Shown: positions 10,916-23,800 of the stretch, in pieces | How the letters are laid out: every line of letters begins with the position of its first letter | Numbering within the stretch: position 1 is the first letter of the stretch | Source: Podarcis liolepis | Taxonomy: Eukaryota | Assembly: GCA_965112155.1 (NCBI GenBank) | Contig: OZ218101.1 | DNA length: 64,000 bases | Strand: one strand, 5' to 3' | The notes under the pieces: generated by a model | What the model was told of the DNA's origin: nothing | What the model saw: the letters and a program-made list of their open reading frames with translations, nothing else | Database searches by the model: none | Made by a program: the position numbers and the translations under genes

Positions 10916-12625
10916 TATATAGTACTGCCATTGGGCAATATGAGCCATATTCCCCTCCCCAATCTAGTAGTGCTTTTCATTTCTCCATTACATTGGGTAG
11001 ATTTACATCCTGTGAATGAGGTCATAGAATTCAGGAAAATATTTGGGTACCCCCATACAACCAAGTGACATGGAGTCCCTTGAGCGCTTTTGCTAATTTG
11101 AATAAAATTCTTTTGGCTTTCACCAGTGCTCATCATATGTTTCACCTGAAGAAGAGCCCATCATCTTGTTTTAAATTTCACTTTAGGCAAACATTGCTGG
11201 GAACTCAAGTGTTGTTGGTTCTAAAGTCCATACACCCCTTTCCTTTCCTTCTTTAGTAGTTTCCTGTCAGTATATCTCGGTTTTGTCTCAACATCTGTTA
11301 TCCACTTTTCCTACTGTGATCAAACAAGGGTGCTGCTACATGCCAAATCCATCCAGTATCGGGTTAATGCATGTGAACAACCCATAGAGAGTTCAAGGGT
11401 ATTTAGGTTTTGGGTTGTTGTTTTTTTGTAATTGTTAAGCAGTGACAATGCTCTTAACACAGAGGAAGTGAGATAGTCTCTCTCATCCATTCTCTAATCC
11501 CTAAGCCATCTGCCTTATCCCAGGTCTCTCTCTTTCTATGTTCAGTTCATTTAAATTTTAAATTTTAAAAGCAAAAATGGAAGGAACTGTCTGAGCGGCA
11601 GAAGGGAATAGAGGTCACTGGGAGAACATGCACACCCTAGCAGCACTTTGATCAGACTTTCAGGAATGCTTGTTTCTGAGCACTTTCAGTGTAATGCATC
11701 TAAAAAAACCCTAACCCTTTAAATATCTCCCCCCCCCCATGATACACTGATGTGCTCTTACAACAAACATCCTTGCCATTCATCTGAGTGTTTACCCCAT
11801 AACCTTCTGTACTCACAAAGCTTTCAGCACCAAGGATAGCAGCAGGACTTTTACATCATATATGTAAAGACCTGTTTGTGCAATATAGCAGAGTTTGTCT
11901 TCCCTTAACAGCTTGGGGTGTCTGATAGGAAAGATGTTCTTCTTGCTGTATCACTTAGTTGGGAGCTTCAGAAGCATTCATGAGAAGGGCAACTGCAATC
12001 TCCTGAAGAATAGATCTACAATAAAAAGCAGGAAGCAGATGGGTATGGAACTAGTACAGACTGATTGTCTGTGTGGTAGTTTGCTTAGGGGACTGAAGGT
12101 ATGGAAACTGCACCATGGTGCCCCTATGAAAAGCCATAGATACAGGACTTAGGATAGACAATTAGGGTCAATTTCTCTCCATTTGAGGCAGAGAAGATTA
12201 TAAGAAGGGAGGTTCTTGAAATGTACAAGGAATCCAAAGTAAATACAGGTTGGGAACACCTCTCAATACAAACCATAGGCATTGATTACATAGTGATATC
12301 GTTATGCTCTTATGCAGTACTAGGAGGCAGCAAGCTGAAAACCATTGATGCTGCCTCTAATAGTAAACATTTGAGTGTCAGGGAGTGTGAAAGAGAAAGA
12401 GAAAGTGTATTTACTTTATTCCTTTCTCTGTGTTCTTTTTGTCCGCCAAGTGAAAGGTTTTCTGCACAGATGCCAGGAGAATGATTAATTGATTTTGCTG
12501 TCAAAGGCAGAGAGTGTTGTATGAATGGCATACATGCAGGGGAAAATGTTTTGGAGAAAACTTTGAGTTCTGGTCTCTGATAACCTGTCTTAAGAAGCAC
12601 AACAAATGAAGATAGAGGGCAGGCG

Positions 12626-12627
12626 AC

Positions 12628-12662
<35 letters not shown>
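12626..12662. repeat. (CA)n microsatellite
   Basis: Direct reading. Confidence 0.95.
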
Positions 12663-12666
<4 letters not shown>

Positions 12667-13419
12667 TACAAAGAGAGCAGAGATGCAAGGAACAAAAGTC
12701 ATCTTGTGGGAAAAAGCAGAATCTGCCTTGACCTTTGCAGGCCTTCCAGGCTTGTGTGGAAACACAAAAGCGATGAGGAGCCATGAAAGAGGCAGCATTG
12801 TCAAAGTAAGCCACCTCTTACTGCTTTTCTTTCTACGGTCTCTATTGCCACAAGCTATCTTTTACTCTGTTCAGCCATTGGTTCCATTCTAACCCAGCTG
12901 CCCAGCTTCATTTGCTGGATCCCTTTTCATATATCCTGCAATGATGGTCCAGATTTTCTTTCATCCCACCAGTGACAACATCAGACTCTTCAATCTACCC
13001 CCTACCCCCCAGCACTTTCCCGAAAATGTCTATTGGAAAATTGCTGCTTGTATTGATTGCCATGTCAGTACTGCATGTGTAGGCCTTTTGCAATGATGAA
13101 ATCAATGTTTAAAAAATGGTCAGATAATGATGACATAGGGAGTAAAGAGAGTTGGTTGCAATTTATTTATCTATTGAAAATATGGATCTATACAAATACG
13201 GTGGCAGAAATGTTCAAAGTGTGTGTGTGTTGGGAGCAGGAACTATTTTCACAGACCTTTCAGTCTGTGGAAGCACGGCTCAAAAATCTTATTCCCTTAG
13301 CAAAAACCTCTGTGGAGTGACTTCACTCAGTTGTATTCACAGAAGCAGGGGGGGGGATTTAGGGCTGTGCAAGAGGAGTGCATACACTGGGAGCTGAGGG
13401 TGTGCAGTCTCAAAGCCGA

Positions 13420-13595
13420 GTAAGAGAGGCACTGGGCTTTGGGAAGGAGGTGTGAGGCTCTGACAGGGTCCTAGAGTCCTCCCTTCTCCTTCTCAAAGCC
13501 TAGTTAGTGCTTTTCCAGCTTTGAGAAGGAGGTGGGATGGATATAGGGCCCTGCCAGAGCCTTGCCCTCCTTCCCAAACCCAGGTGCCTCCTTAC
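13420..13595. repeat. Imperfect inverted repeat, ~80-bp arms
   Basis: 13420-13499 aligns to the reverse complement of 13518-13595. Confidence 0.8.
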
Positions 13596-13835
13596 CAAAA
13601 CTCTCTCTTTATATTCGTGATTATGATGTGCGTCATGTAGAGTAAGAACAAATTATACAGTATACGCGTTACAATGCCATATCAGGAAGCATGGGATCAG
13701 ATTTGGATCAGACTGCAGATAGGTCTGGTAATGTGATAGTCATCTGAGTACTCAACCATCAAATGGTTGGTTTGCAGTGTGGGGCCTATAAATGAGATCT
13801 GCTCCTTTGGAAGGTGCTCTTGTGTGTTGTTTATG

Positions 13836-13996
13836 TAGGAAGCTGCCTCTTTACTGATAGGACTATCTAGCTGTGTATGTATTGCCTTGCCTGACTGGCA
13901 GAGGTTCTCCAGGGTCTTACCGAGGCCCATCTGGAGATGCTGGGGTTGAACCTGAGACTTTCTTTGTCCAAAGCAGATGGTCTACCATTGAGTCAT
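13836..13996 (-). mobile_element. Squam3-like SINE
   Basis: Homologous to 3013-3205. Confidence 0.7.
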
Positions 13997-14039
13997 GTTG
14001 CTTTGCTGCAGGTGATGGCAAAATATAGTGGCAGTTTAT

Positions 14040-14236
14040 TTCCTGGGGTAAAATCTTAAAAAAGCCCCAACAATTTCAACCCTAAGAAGCTCAAAACCTT
14101 CAATACTTAAAAAAAAAAAAAGCTCAACAACTGTGGAGTAAAAGGTCAACAACTTTGGTTGGCCCTTTGGTCGGCCCTCACAGCCCTTTATTTCATCAAA
14201 TCTGGCCCTCTTTTGAAAAAAGTATGGACACCACTG
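14040..14236 (-). mobile_element. hAT-like MITE fragment
   Basis: Minus strand begins CAGTGGTGTCCATACTTTTTTCAAAAGAGGGCCAGATTTG. Confidence 0.55.
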
Positions 14237-14276
14237 ATATAGTGGAATCTGATTGGCTAACTGATATCTTCCTTGG

Positions 14277-14377
14277 TAGGGTTGCCATACATTCATAATT
14301 TTCCAGACTTACCTGGAAGATTGCAATCGGCAGTGTTTTCTGTCCAGATTTTCACTGTTTGAAATATGGCAACCCTA
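14277..14377. mobile_element. Short MITE
   Basis: Perfect 13-bp TIRs TAGGGTTGCCATA / TATGGCAACCCTA. Confidence 0.8.
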
Positions 14378-17300
14378 TGAGAAGGGCAATTTGAAGAATT
14401 AAGAAACAATGTTGGGTAGGGAACTGTAAAGAGGTTTGCAGTGGATATGTAACCAGGGAAGAGCAGGGTGAGATGCTCAGGTGGCTTATTTGTATACTGA
14501 AGGGGGCACCATATCCATGCAATCACCTTATGGAAAATAATAATACCACAACAACAAAAAACTGAAAACAGAGCTGTATTGGGTAGGTGGATAATTTCTT
14601 GAAAATACATTTTTGTTCAGTCCTTAAATTGATCTTGTGAATAAGTCAAACACTTCTGGTTAAACTCCATCCCCTGCTTAGTAGAGCCTACTATAGCTAA
14701 TCCTAAATTGTATAACTGGCTGCGTCTGCAAATACTATTCACCCTGATGTGCTTGCCTCTGCAGTCTTTCCTTCTTCTCTTTGTGTTGTCTTCCCTTCTG
14801 TCAAAATGTAGATTGTAAATTCCTTGGGGCAATGGCCTGTTTGTCTTTATGTAAAATATAGAATGTACAATTTACATTGAAAGTGCAGTAAAAATTTTTC
14901 CTACAGATACTTTCATTTAAGGTAAGTCATATAACAGCCTCTTCTGAGAAAGGGTTCTCCCCCACCTTTTTGCTGTAAATGACAACATGGAATAACACTG
15001 GGGCTATATAATAGACAACCAATTACTGCAATATTTTGTGGCTACATCGTTATGGAGGGTTTTTGTTTAGTAGGGAGGGGAATTCAAGCAAATAGATTCT
15101 TTAATGATAACGCATCTCCTTCCCTGAAAATCCTTATGAAAATTTTAGAGGCGATAATTCCCCGTTGGGAAGGAAAAAAGTAAAAAAGGAAGGAAGCCAC
15201 CGCCTCTGTACTCATTGAAGTTCAGGCATCCAAATATTTGCACTTGAAAGTCTTCAGGCACCTTTGAAGTAAGAAGCAAAAGATCTTCAGGCTGTCTGGG
15301 GGAAATGGCTTTGAGGACCCCATTCCTTCTAGGGTTGGCTCCTAAAAATATTCCTCCAACAGTTATTGATCACTTACTATCCCATACACAAGACTGGATG
15401 ACATCTAACTTTTCCAGATGCAGTTAAAATGTTGTGGTTCACTACAGAACCTTACTGAGTTGCATCTGCTTCTCCATGTGACCCCTGCAGTCAGTTTTGA
15501 GATGAAAGTGCCATCATGTGATTAGGCTTCCTTTCACTCTTGATGCAGTAAGATGATCCCATGAAAGGGTCCTCACACAGCAACATTGCTTAGTATTGCA
15601 ACTTAGAGTACAGCAATACTTTCCTGGGATGTGGTAACATGCGGTACTGTTATGAAGTGACTCACTTTCACAAGACTGTACTAGGGAAGGGTACCAAAAA
15701 ATGAATTGGGCCTCAGCAAGAAGCACCACTACACCAAAACTTCCTGGAGAAGTTGATGTCTGGCTAGGATGCTAAATAGACTCTGATCTCTCACGAGCAG
15801 TTTCCTTCCCTACCTACCTTCCTCATCACCCACTCCTACTTCTTCACAAGCTTTCCTTATTGCTGGTAGCCAGGCAGCAGATCCTTGAATGGGGGAGGCA
15901 CAGATGAGAGTCCCCACTTCTTCCCCCAGGCCTGATTGCTTCTTTTCTTGAAATCAAATGCACATGCAGGGTCTTGATGCTAGGGCATGAAATGCATCTC
16001 CTTCTATCTGGAATGGCAAGGCTTAAACCAGGGGTTGCCAATATGGTTCTTACCAGATGCTGTTGGACCACAATTCCCAACTGCCCCAACCAATATGGCC
16101 AAAGTTAAGAGATAAGAGAATTTGTAGTTCAGTAGGATGGCAGCTTAGAACATAATCCTCTTGGATGATGGAAGCTGCAGTTCATCACACTCATCTCAGG
16201 AAGAAGTAGCTGTATATCATCATGTCAAGACTCTGCCTACCTCTCTCCTTTGCCTTTATAAAAATAAATAAATAAGCAGCTAGCAAAAGAGAAGTGGGGA
16301 AATGAGTTCAGATGGACCTCCTTCAGTCAAGGAGTTGCTGCCACAGCAGCTGAGTAGCCACGGCTTATAACAAATCTGTGACAATTTAGTTAGTGCTCAT
16401 ATCTGCAAACAGGTAGGTCAAGAGGACTTATTATGCGTAACATTGCTGCCAAGATGTATGTGAAATAGGTTGTTGACATTTGTAGCTGGTTTTTTTGTGG
16501 GTGGTGTATTTTATTGTTTAAATTATAATTTGGTTGGTTGTATGTATTTTGTACCATGCTCTGGCATTAGCTTTGATTAAGGGGAAACTATAATTATTAT
16601 TATTCTTTAAAAGTGATAAATAATAAATAAATTCACACAACAACAGTTATTGGTGAAATCAAGATAAATAAATGGCACATGACATGGATAGTGGTCATAT
16701 TTTGGGCATGCCTGATAAGGGATAGCAGTTTCAGAATAGATTCAGAATTGCTCATCCTCGTAGGGAGATCAGAATTATCAAAATGAATCATACATTAGTC
16801 TATCATATTTGGTACCCTGCCTCAAGCAGCATCAGATATCTGATTTCTAATTCTTCCTTCAGACAACAGCAAACCATTCTTTGCTTGCACCCCAACATGA
16901 ATCCAGTACTGCACAATGCTACCTAGGAAGGAGAGAGGGAATGGGGAAAGAATTCTTTCCTGTCCCCGGTGCAACCATAATCACACCTGGATGCTTGCGA
17001 TCTGATTGCTTGTATTGAATTTGCAGCAATCTGTAAGCCACAAGTGCTTTTGAAGAGGCATAACATTATCACAGCCCTTCAAAAAACAGAAGCCCGACCA
17101 CACTGTTTGATTCTCTGACCTCCTGTGGCATGGAGAATTCCACAGGTTCTCTGAACACTGCAGGGAGAAGTATTAATGTATCGGCAGGTAAAACCCACAG
17201 TCTCTCTTGCAGATGCCAGCTGCGCTGGATAAATAAATCACCTGCGGTCATTTATGTGCAAATAACATGTGCTGAGGGACCCTTTGGAAGTCAAGTTTTC

Positions 17301-18261
17301 GATCTGTGTTCGGAACAACAGAGCTGTAACGGGAGCAAATAAACACGCACACTCTCCTTCCCGTTCGCTCCCTTCTCCCACTGTGCTTTTGTCGCACTGC
17401 ACTTTGCTCCACCAAGTTAAAGCTGGGAAGTGGCATTTTGCATTAAGTAGATGGCTGGTGCAGAGGAGAAAGAGCCACAAAGTGCACTTAACAAAACTCG
17501 CCATGGTATTGGGAGGTTAAAAACCAGAGCTGAAGTGAGCGAGGCTCATTTCCTCATCAGTGGTGAATTCCCCTGACAGGTCCCATTAAAAAGCCAACAA
17601 GGTCTAGGCCCCCATCTCCCACAGGAACGCCACAATGCAGCTATTACTAAAGTACATTGCCTTTCATTGTGAGCTGGCTGATTAATGTAAGTACAGCACT
17701 TATGTGACAAGGAGAACTGGAGCAAGAGAGGGGCGGGGAATCTTTGATCTGTTTGGATGCCTTACCCCTTCCTTGACTTCAGCTGCTGAGGAGGCTGCTT
17801 TAGAGAGGATGCCTCGGCCTGAAGCTCTTTGATTGTTTCCTTAAACCTTAAACCCTACCATTTAATTCTGATTTGCAAAACCTTTGGCTCACCGCTGTTA
17901 TATATGCTATAATCAAGTGTCATTTTTTTGCTTCACTATTTGCTACGCAGTAGTCCGATAAAAATAATCACCGCTATACAAATGCCTTGCCATTATTTCA
18001 TCCTTTTGTAACTGGGGATGGGGGGGGGGCACCTGTGGCTCGCCTTGAATTTGACTTGTTGAAAATTTGATGAACTAACTTCCACCCCAAAATGGAAAGG
18101 TGCTTGGCTTATTTTCAGGTTATTGCTGAATTCCTACCCAGGTGCATGATGCCTTAGATCTCACAATTCCCTAGTGGCCCGTTAAACCCTGGCTTAGTGG
18201 CTGGGCTGGTGGAGGCAACAACAACAGTGCACTCTGCCTGTGGGGAGGGGGATATAGGGCT

Positions 18262-18410
18262 CTGTCTTATATTGACTTAGCCTATTGTTCCATATAGCTC
18301 ACCATTATCTACATTGACTGGCAGTGGCTCTCCAAGATTTCAGGCAAGAGACCTACCTGGAGATGCCAGGGATTGAACTTGTCACCTTCTGATTTGCTCT
18401 ACCATTGAGC
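18262..18410 (-). mobile_element. Squam3-like SINE, degraded
   Basis: GACTGGCAGTGGCTCTCC..GGAGATGCCAGGGATTGAAC. Confidence 0.65.
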
Positions 18411-20334
18411 AATGGATGTCTTCCTCGTTCTCCTCTCCAGCGCCTGTTACACTGTAGTTGTCCCAAAGGCCATTTCTGCAACGTCAGTAGCCATTGGGGA
18501 AATTACATTTTCCAAAGGCCATTGGTGGATTTAGTCCTGGTGCACTTCTGTGCCAGCTGCCAGAGAGGGAAGGAAGTGACTTCCCTCCTTCCTGCTTATT
18601 ATTGTTAAAGTGCTGCCTCTGCCCCTCTGGCATACCTGGTAAGTTGAATTTAAATGCTTACTTTCTCTTTAAAGCAAACATCACTAGCCCTTAATGCTCA
18701 TATGTGCGCATAGGATGAATGAGTTTCACGGAAGTCTTTGTCTGCAACCCACAGCTCCCAAGTATCTGGACATCACCAATTTGAGGAAGGCTGTTCTACC
18801 CCCTCCAGCATCACTACCTGCTGCATATGTCTCTTACCTGTGTAAATTGCCTTCTGAGCATTGACCTACCAGCTTGACCAGCAATTTGGCCTCACCTTAG
18901 ACTAACTTGAGTTCACAGGATTCTTGTGTGTATGATACTTCTGTGGATGTTCTATTGGGTCTCATTTCTACATAAAATCCATGTTCCAACAGAATCATTA
19001 ATGGAAAGACGAATTTGGGGGTAAATATCTAAGGATAATCATGAAAAGCACAAGGTCTAAATTCACCAACAGCTACTGCTTCCTCCAGTTTGCATCCTTT
19101 TAGCTGAGCCATGGATCACAACCTCCTTTGGCTATCATATACTCATGCAGCCTGTTCAACAATGATCCATAGACCAAGAATATTTAATGAATGCATTGAA
19201 GAAAACTTTAATTTCTGTGGCTAATTCACAAATCGAAAGAAAAGATGTGAAGTAGATGATTTATTAAGTTATGAATAGAAGGAATAATTAATTTCTGGAA
19301 AGCATGCCACCCCCCCCTCCCTGCCTATTCATACTCCCTGCCTAGCTCCTACTGCAACTCTCTGCCCAGCAAGGACAAGCTGTGGATGCAGAAGGCAAGG
19401 TCAGCCGTTCTCACCCACTGAGGTGGATCTTATTCCCAGTGGCTAATCAGCAGAGCCTCTTTTCTGGAGCTCTTTGAAGGAGCAGCACTCAGCTCTCGCC
19501 AAGAGCACCACATATTCATTTGCGGCATTGTGGCCATTTATACTCTATCCAAATAGAATCAGCAATTAGCTGCAGTTGGTAAACTTTGCTAGGAGCCCCT
19601 ATCTGGGCTAAGCTGCCAATTTTTCTCCTTATAAACACATCAGAGAAACAGTTTTGACAGTTTCTGTCCCAGGAAGTTCAATTTCTCCCCAATTAGGGTA
19701 GATAATGAGAAGGCACAACTCGTTGAAACACACAGATCCATGACCCAAGAACAGGCAAGCTCGATTCCAATGGAAGGCGTTCCACAACAAGACGCAGATA
19801 TTGACTGAATGGGCACAGGCACAGGGATGACAAATGGACTGAAAAGAGAATAAGTGGAATGCCCTTTTGCTGTTTCTTTGCAAAGGCTCCAGCATGTGCA
19901 CCTTGGAACTGGAGATTGCTTTATATGCAGTGAAAAGTTGGTGTAGGGGAGACGGAGGAATGGCCAAACATTTATGATATGGGTTCATTTGCATTCTTGG
20001 TTTTATCTGCTTTCGATTTCTACCTAATATTATCAAGCTCCAAAAGTATGCTAGGAATTTATAACTAACTGACATGGCTTGGAATCCAAGAACTTGCTTA
20101 CATTACCCTTTTAAAGGAAAATGTAACTCCTCCACGGTCTAACCAAATAAAAGTACTACTATCCACAAGTCACATTTAGAATATGGAACTCACTGTCACA
20201 TGCTGTGGCAAAGGCTGATAGCATATAAAATAAAATAAAAAGGAATGATACAAAATTCATTTATGACAGGTTCACCAGTAAGTATGATAGAAGAAATGCA
20301 TCCTGTAGGAAGAGTTTAATATGATCATTTTTAC

Positions 20335-20727
20335 CATTATGCATGGTGCAAAGGAAGTTGGATGAAGAAAAGTATTTCTCCCTTTTTCATAATACTAGAA
20401 CTCAGGGACATCCAAAGAAGCTGAATGTTAGGAAATTCAGGACAAAGAAAAATACTTGTTCATGTAGCGTATAGTTTAGCTATTGTATTCACCCCTGAAG
20501 AAGTAGTGATGGCTTCAAAGGAGCATTAAAGCAATTTATGAGGGAGAAGACTATCAATGGCTCCTAGACACAATGGATATGTTCTGCCTCCACTGTCAGA
20601 GGCACTATTGCCTCTGAATAACAGTTGCTGGGAATCCTAAGGGAGAGAGTGCTCTTCTGCTCAGGTCCTGTTTCTGGCCTTTCCATAGGCATCTGGTTAG
20701 TGACTATGATAACAGGATGCTGGACTC
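20335..20727 (+). mobile_element. CR1 LINE 3' end with 3' UTR
   Basis: HNTRTQGHPKKL-like segment followed by the lizard CR1 UTR (GAATAACAGTTGCTGGGAA). Confidence 0.7.
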
Positions 20728-20769
20728 AACCCCCAGTTTCTTCAGGTCCCAGATTCAATCCACAGCACA

Positions 20770-20770
<1 letters not shown>

Positions 20771-20812
<42 letters not shown>

Positions 20813-20818
20813 TATTAA
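20771..20818. repeat. (TTA)n microsatellite
   Basis: Direct reading. Confidence 0.95.
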
Positions 20819-23800
20819 ATAAACACTTCTAAGGCAAAAGGGAAGAGATCCCACATAGACTTCTCAAAGGGACCAAAACCAATACCTTTTCTCCTCTGTG
20901 AAAAAGGGGGGCCCTTGCTGAGCTGCTGTGTTAAGAGATCACATTTCATTATTCATTGAAATGCTTCATCCATTTTGCATCAGGTTACAAAATGAGCAGG
21001 ATGTGGAGGTATAAATTATGATGCAGAAAACTTAATATGCTGGGCTGCGGAGAAGAGGCATTCCAGGTGCTTTTCTCAATGGAGCTCCCTTTCATTACTG
21101 CCTGTTCCACATCCAAAGCCACCCATATTACACCCATCAATGTCAGAGCCAGCTGTGGAAATGTGGAATGAGTAAGCCATCTACCAGGGCTGAAGGTGCC
21201 AAAGGGAGGGCAAAGGCGGGAAGGAGGTGGGGAATCAAAATGGGACAGCAAATATATTGCCTTTATTTACTCAAAAATAAGTTGGGGGGGGGGGAGAGAA
21301 GACATCTGAACTGGCCATGGGACCCTGCCAATGATGCCAGCATATTTGCTATGGGGATGCTCTGATCGGACTTTATCTTTAGATCCAATCATTCATGACC
21401 CACATGGCATTTCTCCTTAATGGTATCATCATCATCATCATCAACCAGCCTCAGAGGCTATGATCAGCAGCAGGAGACATCTGACCCTCTACCCATGGTG
21501 TCCACACAACATCTCCCCCTCCATGTGCTATCATGATTGCAAGATACAAATACATACAATGTTCATCTAGGACTTCCTAAACTTTCATTAGTTGAAGAAA
21601 TGGCCTTGTAGGATATGAAAATCCAGACAATGGCTGTGGTATATATGGATATTATTTACTCATCAGTAAATACTTGATATTAGAACATGTTTTTAAAGAA
21701 GCTATACTATAATAATGGGATGTAAATGCTTGAAATATTCAGAATAGCTCATCCAAATGACATACCATGCAGTATGATCTATGTGCACTTGAAGATCTAC
21801 TTGAAAAACATGAGGGACTATCACAAGGCTCACAGGTGGTGTTTGTGCAGGCACATTCTATGTGGTCCTCTGTCTGTCATGGTGGTAGTAGTGCCACTCC
21901 AGTGACAGGGTGTACAGCTGCCATGTAGCAGCTCAGACTCACACAAATGGGGATTACCATCAAGTATTAACTAGATACCTCTTTTTAGCATCTTACCATT
22001 GCCTGGTAAGACTGAGTTTCAGTTTGTTGATTGGTATTTCACTTCTAAACAATCCCCCAACCTTGTTTTTCTTGACTGCCATTAATGTTCTTGGGATCTA
22101 CTCAATGGTCTACTCAATGGTCTCTAGAGTTCACAAACAAGGGACATGTTACTAAAATCATAGGTAAGGCTACATTCAGACATCACAACAAAACATGCCC
22201 CTTAGGAGCGTTTCCTAGGGATCATAGCAGGGGTGTCAACTTGGATGAACTTGGGCCCCAGGTTATGGGTGCCCAATGGCACCTGTGTCGTAACATGACA
22301 TTGTAACATCATGGCATCACATTACATCAATGTGCCACAGTGGCACTTCGAAGGCCTGGCAGGGTGTCAGACTTGATCCCCAAGACTTTGTCGGGCCTTG
22401 GAGATCATGTCCGAGGCCTTGTGAGACCTCTGATGGAGGTCTGGTAAGGCCTCTAACATCATCTCAGAGGTTGTGTGAGGCCAGTAGAAACTGGGTTGTG
22501 TGGGCTACGACACCCCCAGGGCCCCCAAAGTTAGTGCCTATAGTTCATAGGATTACACCCAGGAGGAAGAATTCAAAATAGGCTATGACAATTTCCTCAT
22601 CAGCACAAGCATTTCAGCTTGCCAGGTGAAATGATTCTCCTCCCTCCTCCCATTACACACTGTTCTGGGGCTTCTCCCACCCCCCAAGCTACTTTCAGGG
22701 TACATGGGGATACAGAGAGAGGAGAAGGGGGAAGCCCTGCTATGCTAGTGGAAGTTCTTGAGTGGGCTTCTGTGGGCAAGACTCACTAGGTGAATTTCCC
22801 CTAAGTGTGCATAATAGGGTTACAGACTATGAGAGCAGCATCTGGGGAGTCTTGTGTCTATCTTAGCCTTCCTTTCACAATGGCGCCATTCATTCCACCC
22901 ACTCTGAAAATCCCTTTGCTAAATATCCAAATGTTCCAGCCACGTTCTTTAGCGTTATGACTCAGGAGAATTCAGAGCAGTCTGCATTATATTTTATTTA
23001 TTGCTTTGTACAGTGTAGTAAATGATTTAAAGATTGTTTTCCCTACATACAACACTATGAGTTATATTACTTAGAAGATAATTGCAGATTAATTAATAAG
23101 TAAAGACAGTCTTGGTTGTTAGAAATTGTTTTAGATTGCTTCCATTTGGTCTCCCAACGGAGGCTCGTTCATCAAGAGACCACCTTTCCAGGGTCAGAAT
23201 ATGAATACACCTTGCACAACTTCCATTAAATTGAAAATGGAATTTAAGTTCTCAAGATTAACTACTTTATACTCACATTTCTTGCCAACCTGGCAATGCC
23301 AGTCCTTACCCTCATTTTACCCTGAAGACCATGAATTATGGGATGGGGAAGCCACTACCCCATCAACAGATGGTGGGCTGCTTTCAAGAGCAGCAGCAAG
23401 GACTGAAAAGAGCGATTGTAGTGCCTAGACTCACTCTCATTCTAGTGCCTAGACTCACAGAACAATAGTTTCCAAATTCTGATTAAACAATAAGCAAAAA
23501 AGCTAAATGTATCTCAAGACTGGTAGACTAGGAAAGGAAGGAAGGAAAGAAGGAAGGAAAGAAAGAAAGAGAAAAATAGGGCAAGAAGTTTTCATAGTGT
23601 TCCCCTTTAAAGTGTTAAGCTGAGTCAGTAATTTCTAAATATAGGACTGGCATCAAGGACCCAAACTCCATCAGGGGGCTCACGGACAAGAACTCTCTGG
23701 AGTTGCTGCTCTTCTTCAACTTGTTTGCCTCCTCTCTCCTAGAGCATAGCAGTGATGAGAGGGAGGAGCAATAGATGCTGCTTCCTTTGTCCTCCTTGGC

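Noticed and set aside
12310-12804. 164-aa minus-strand ORF
   Set aside because: Runs through a (CA)n microsatellite; no protein-like features.
23420-23459. 16-bp direct repeat TAGTGCCTAGACTCAC
   Set aside because: Simple local tandem duplication with no element between the copies.
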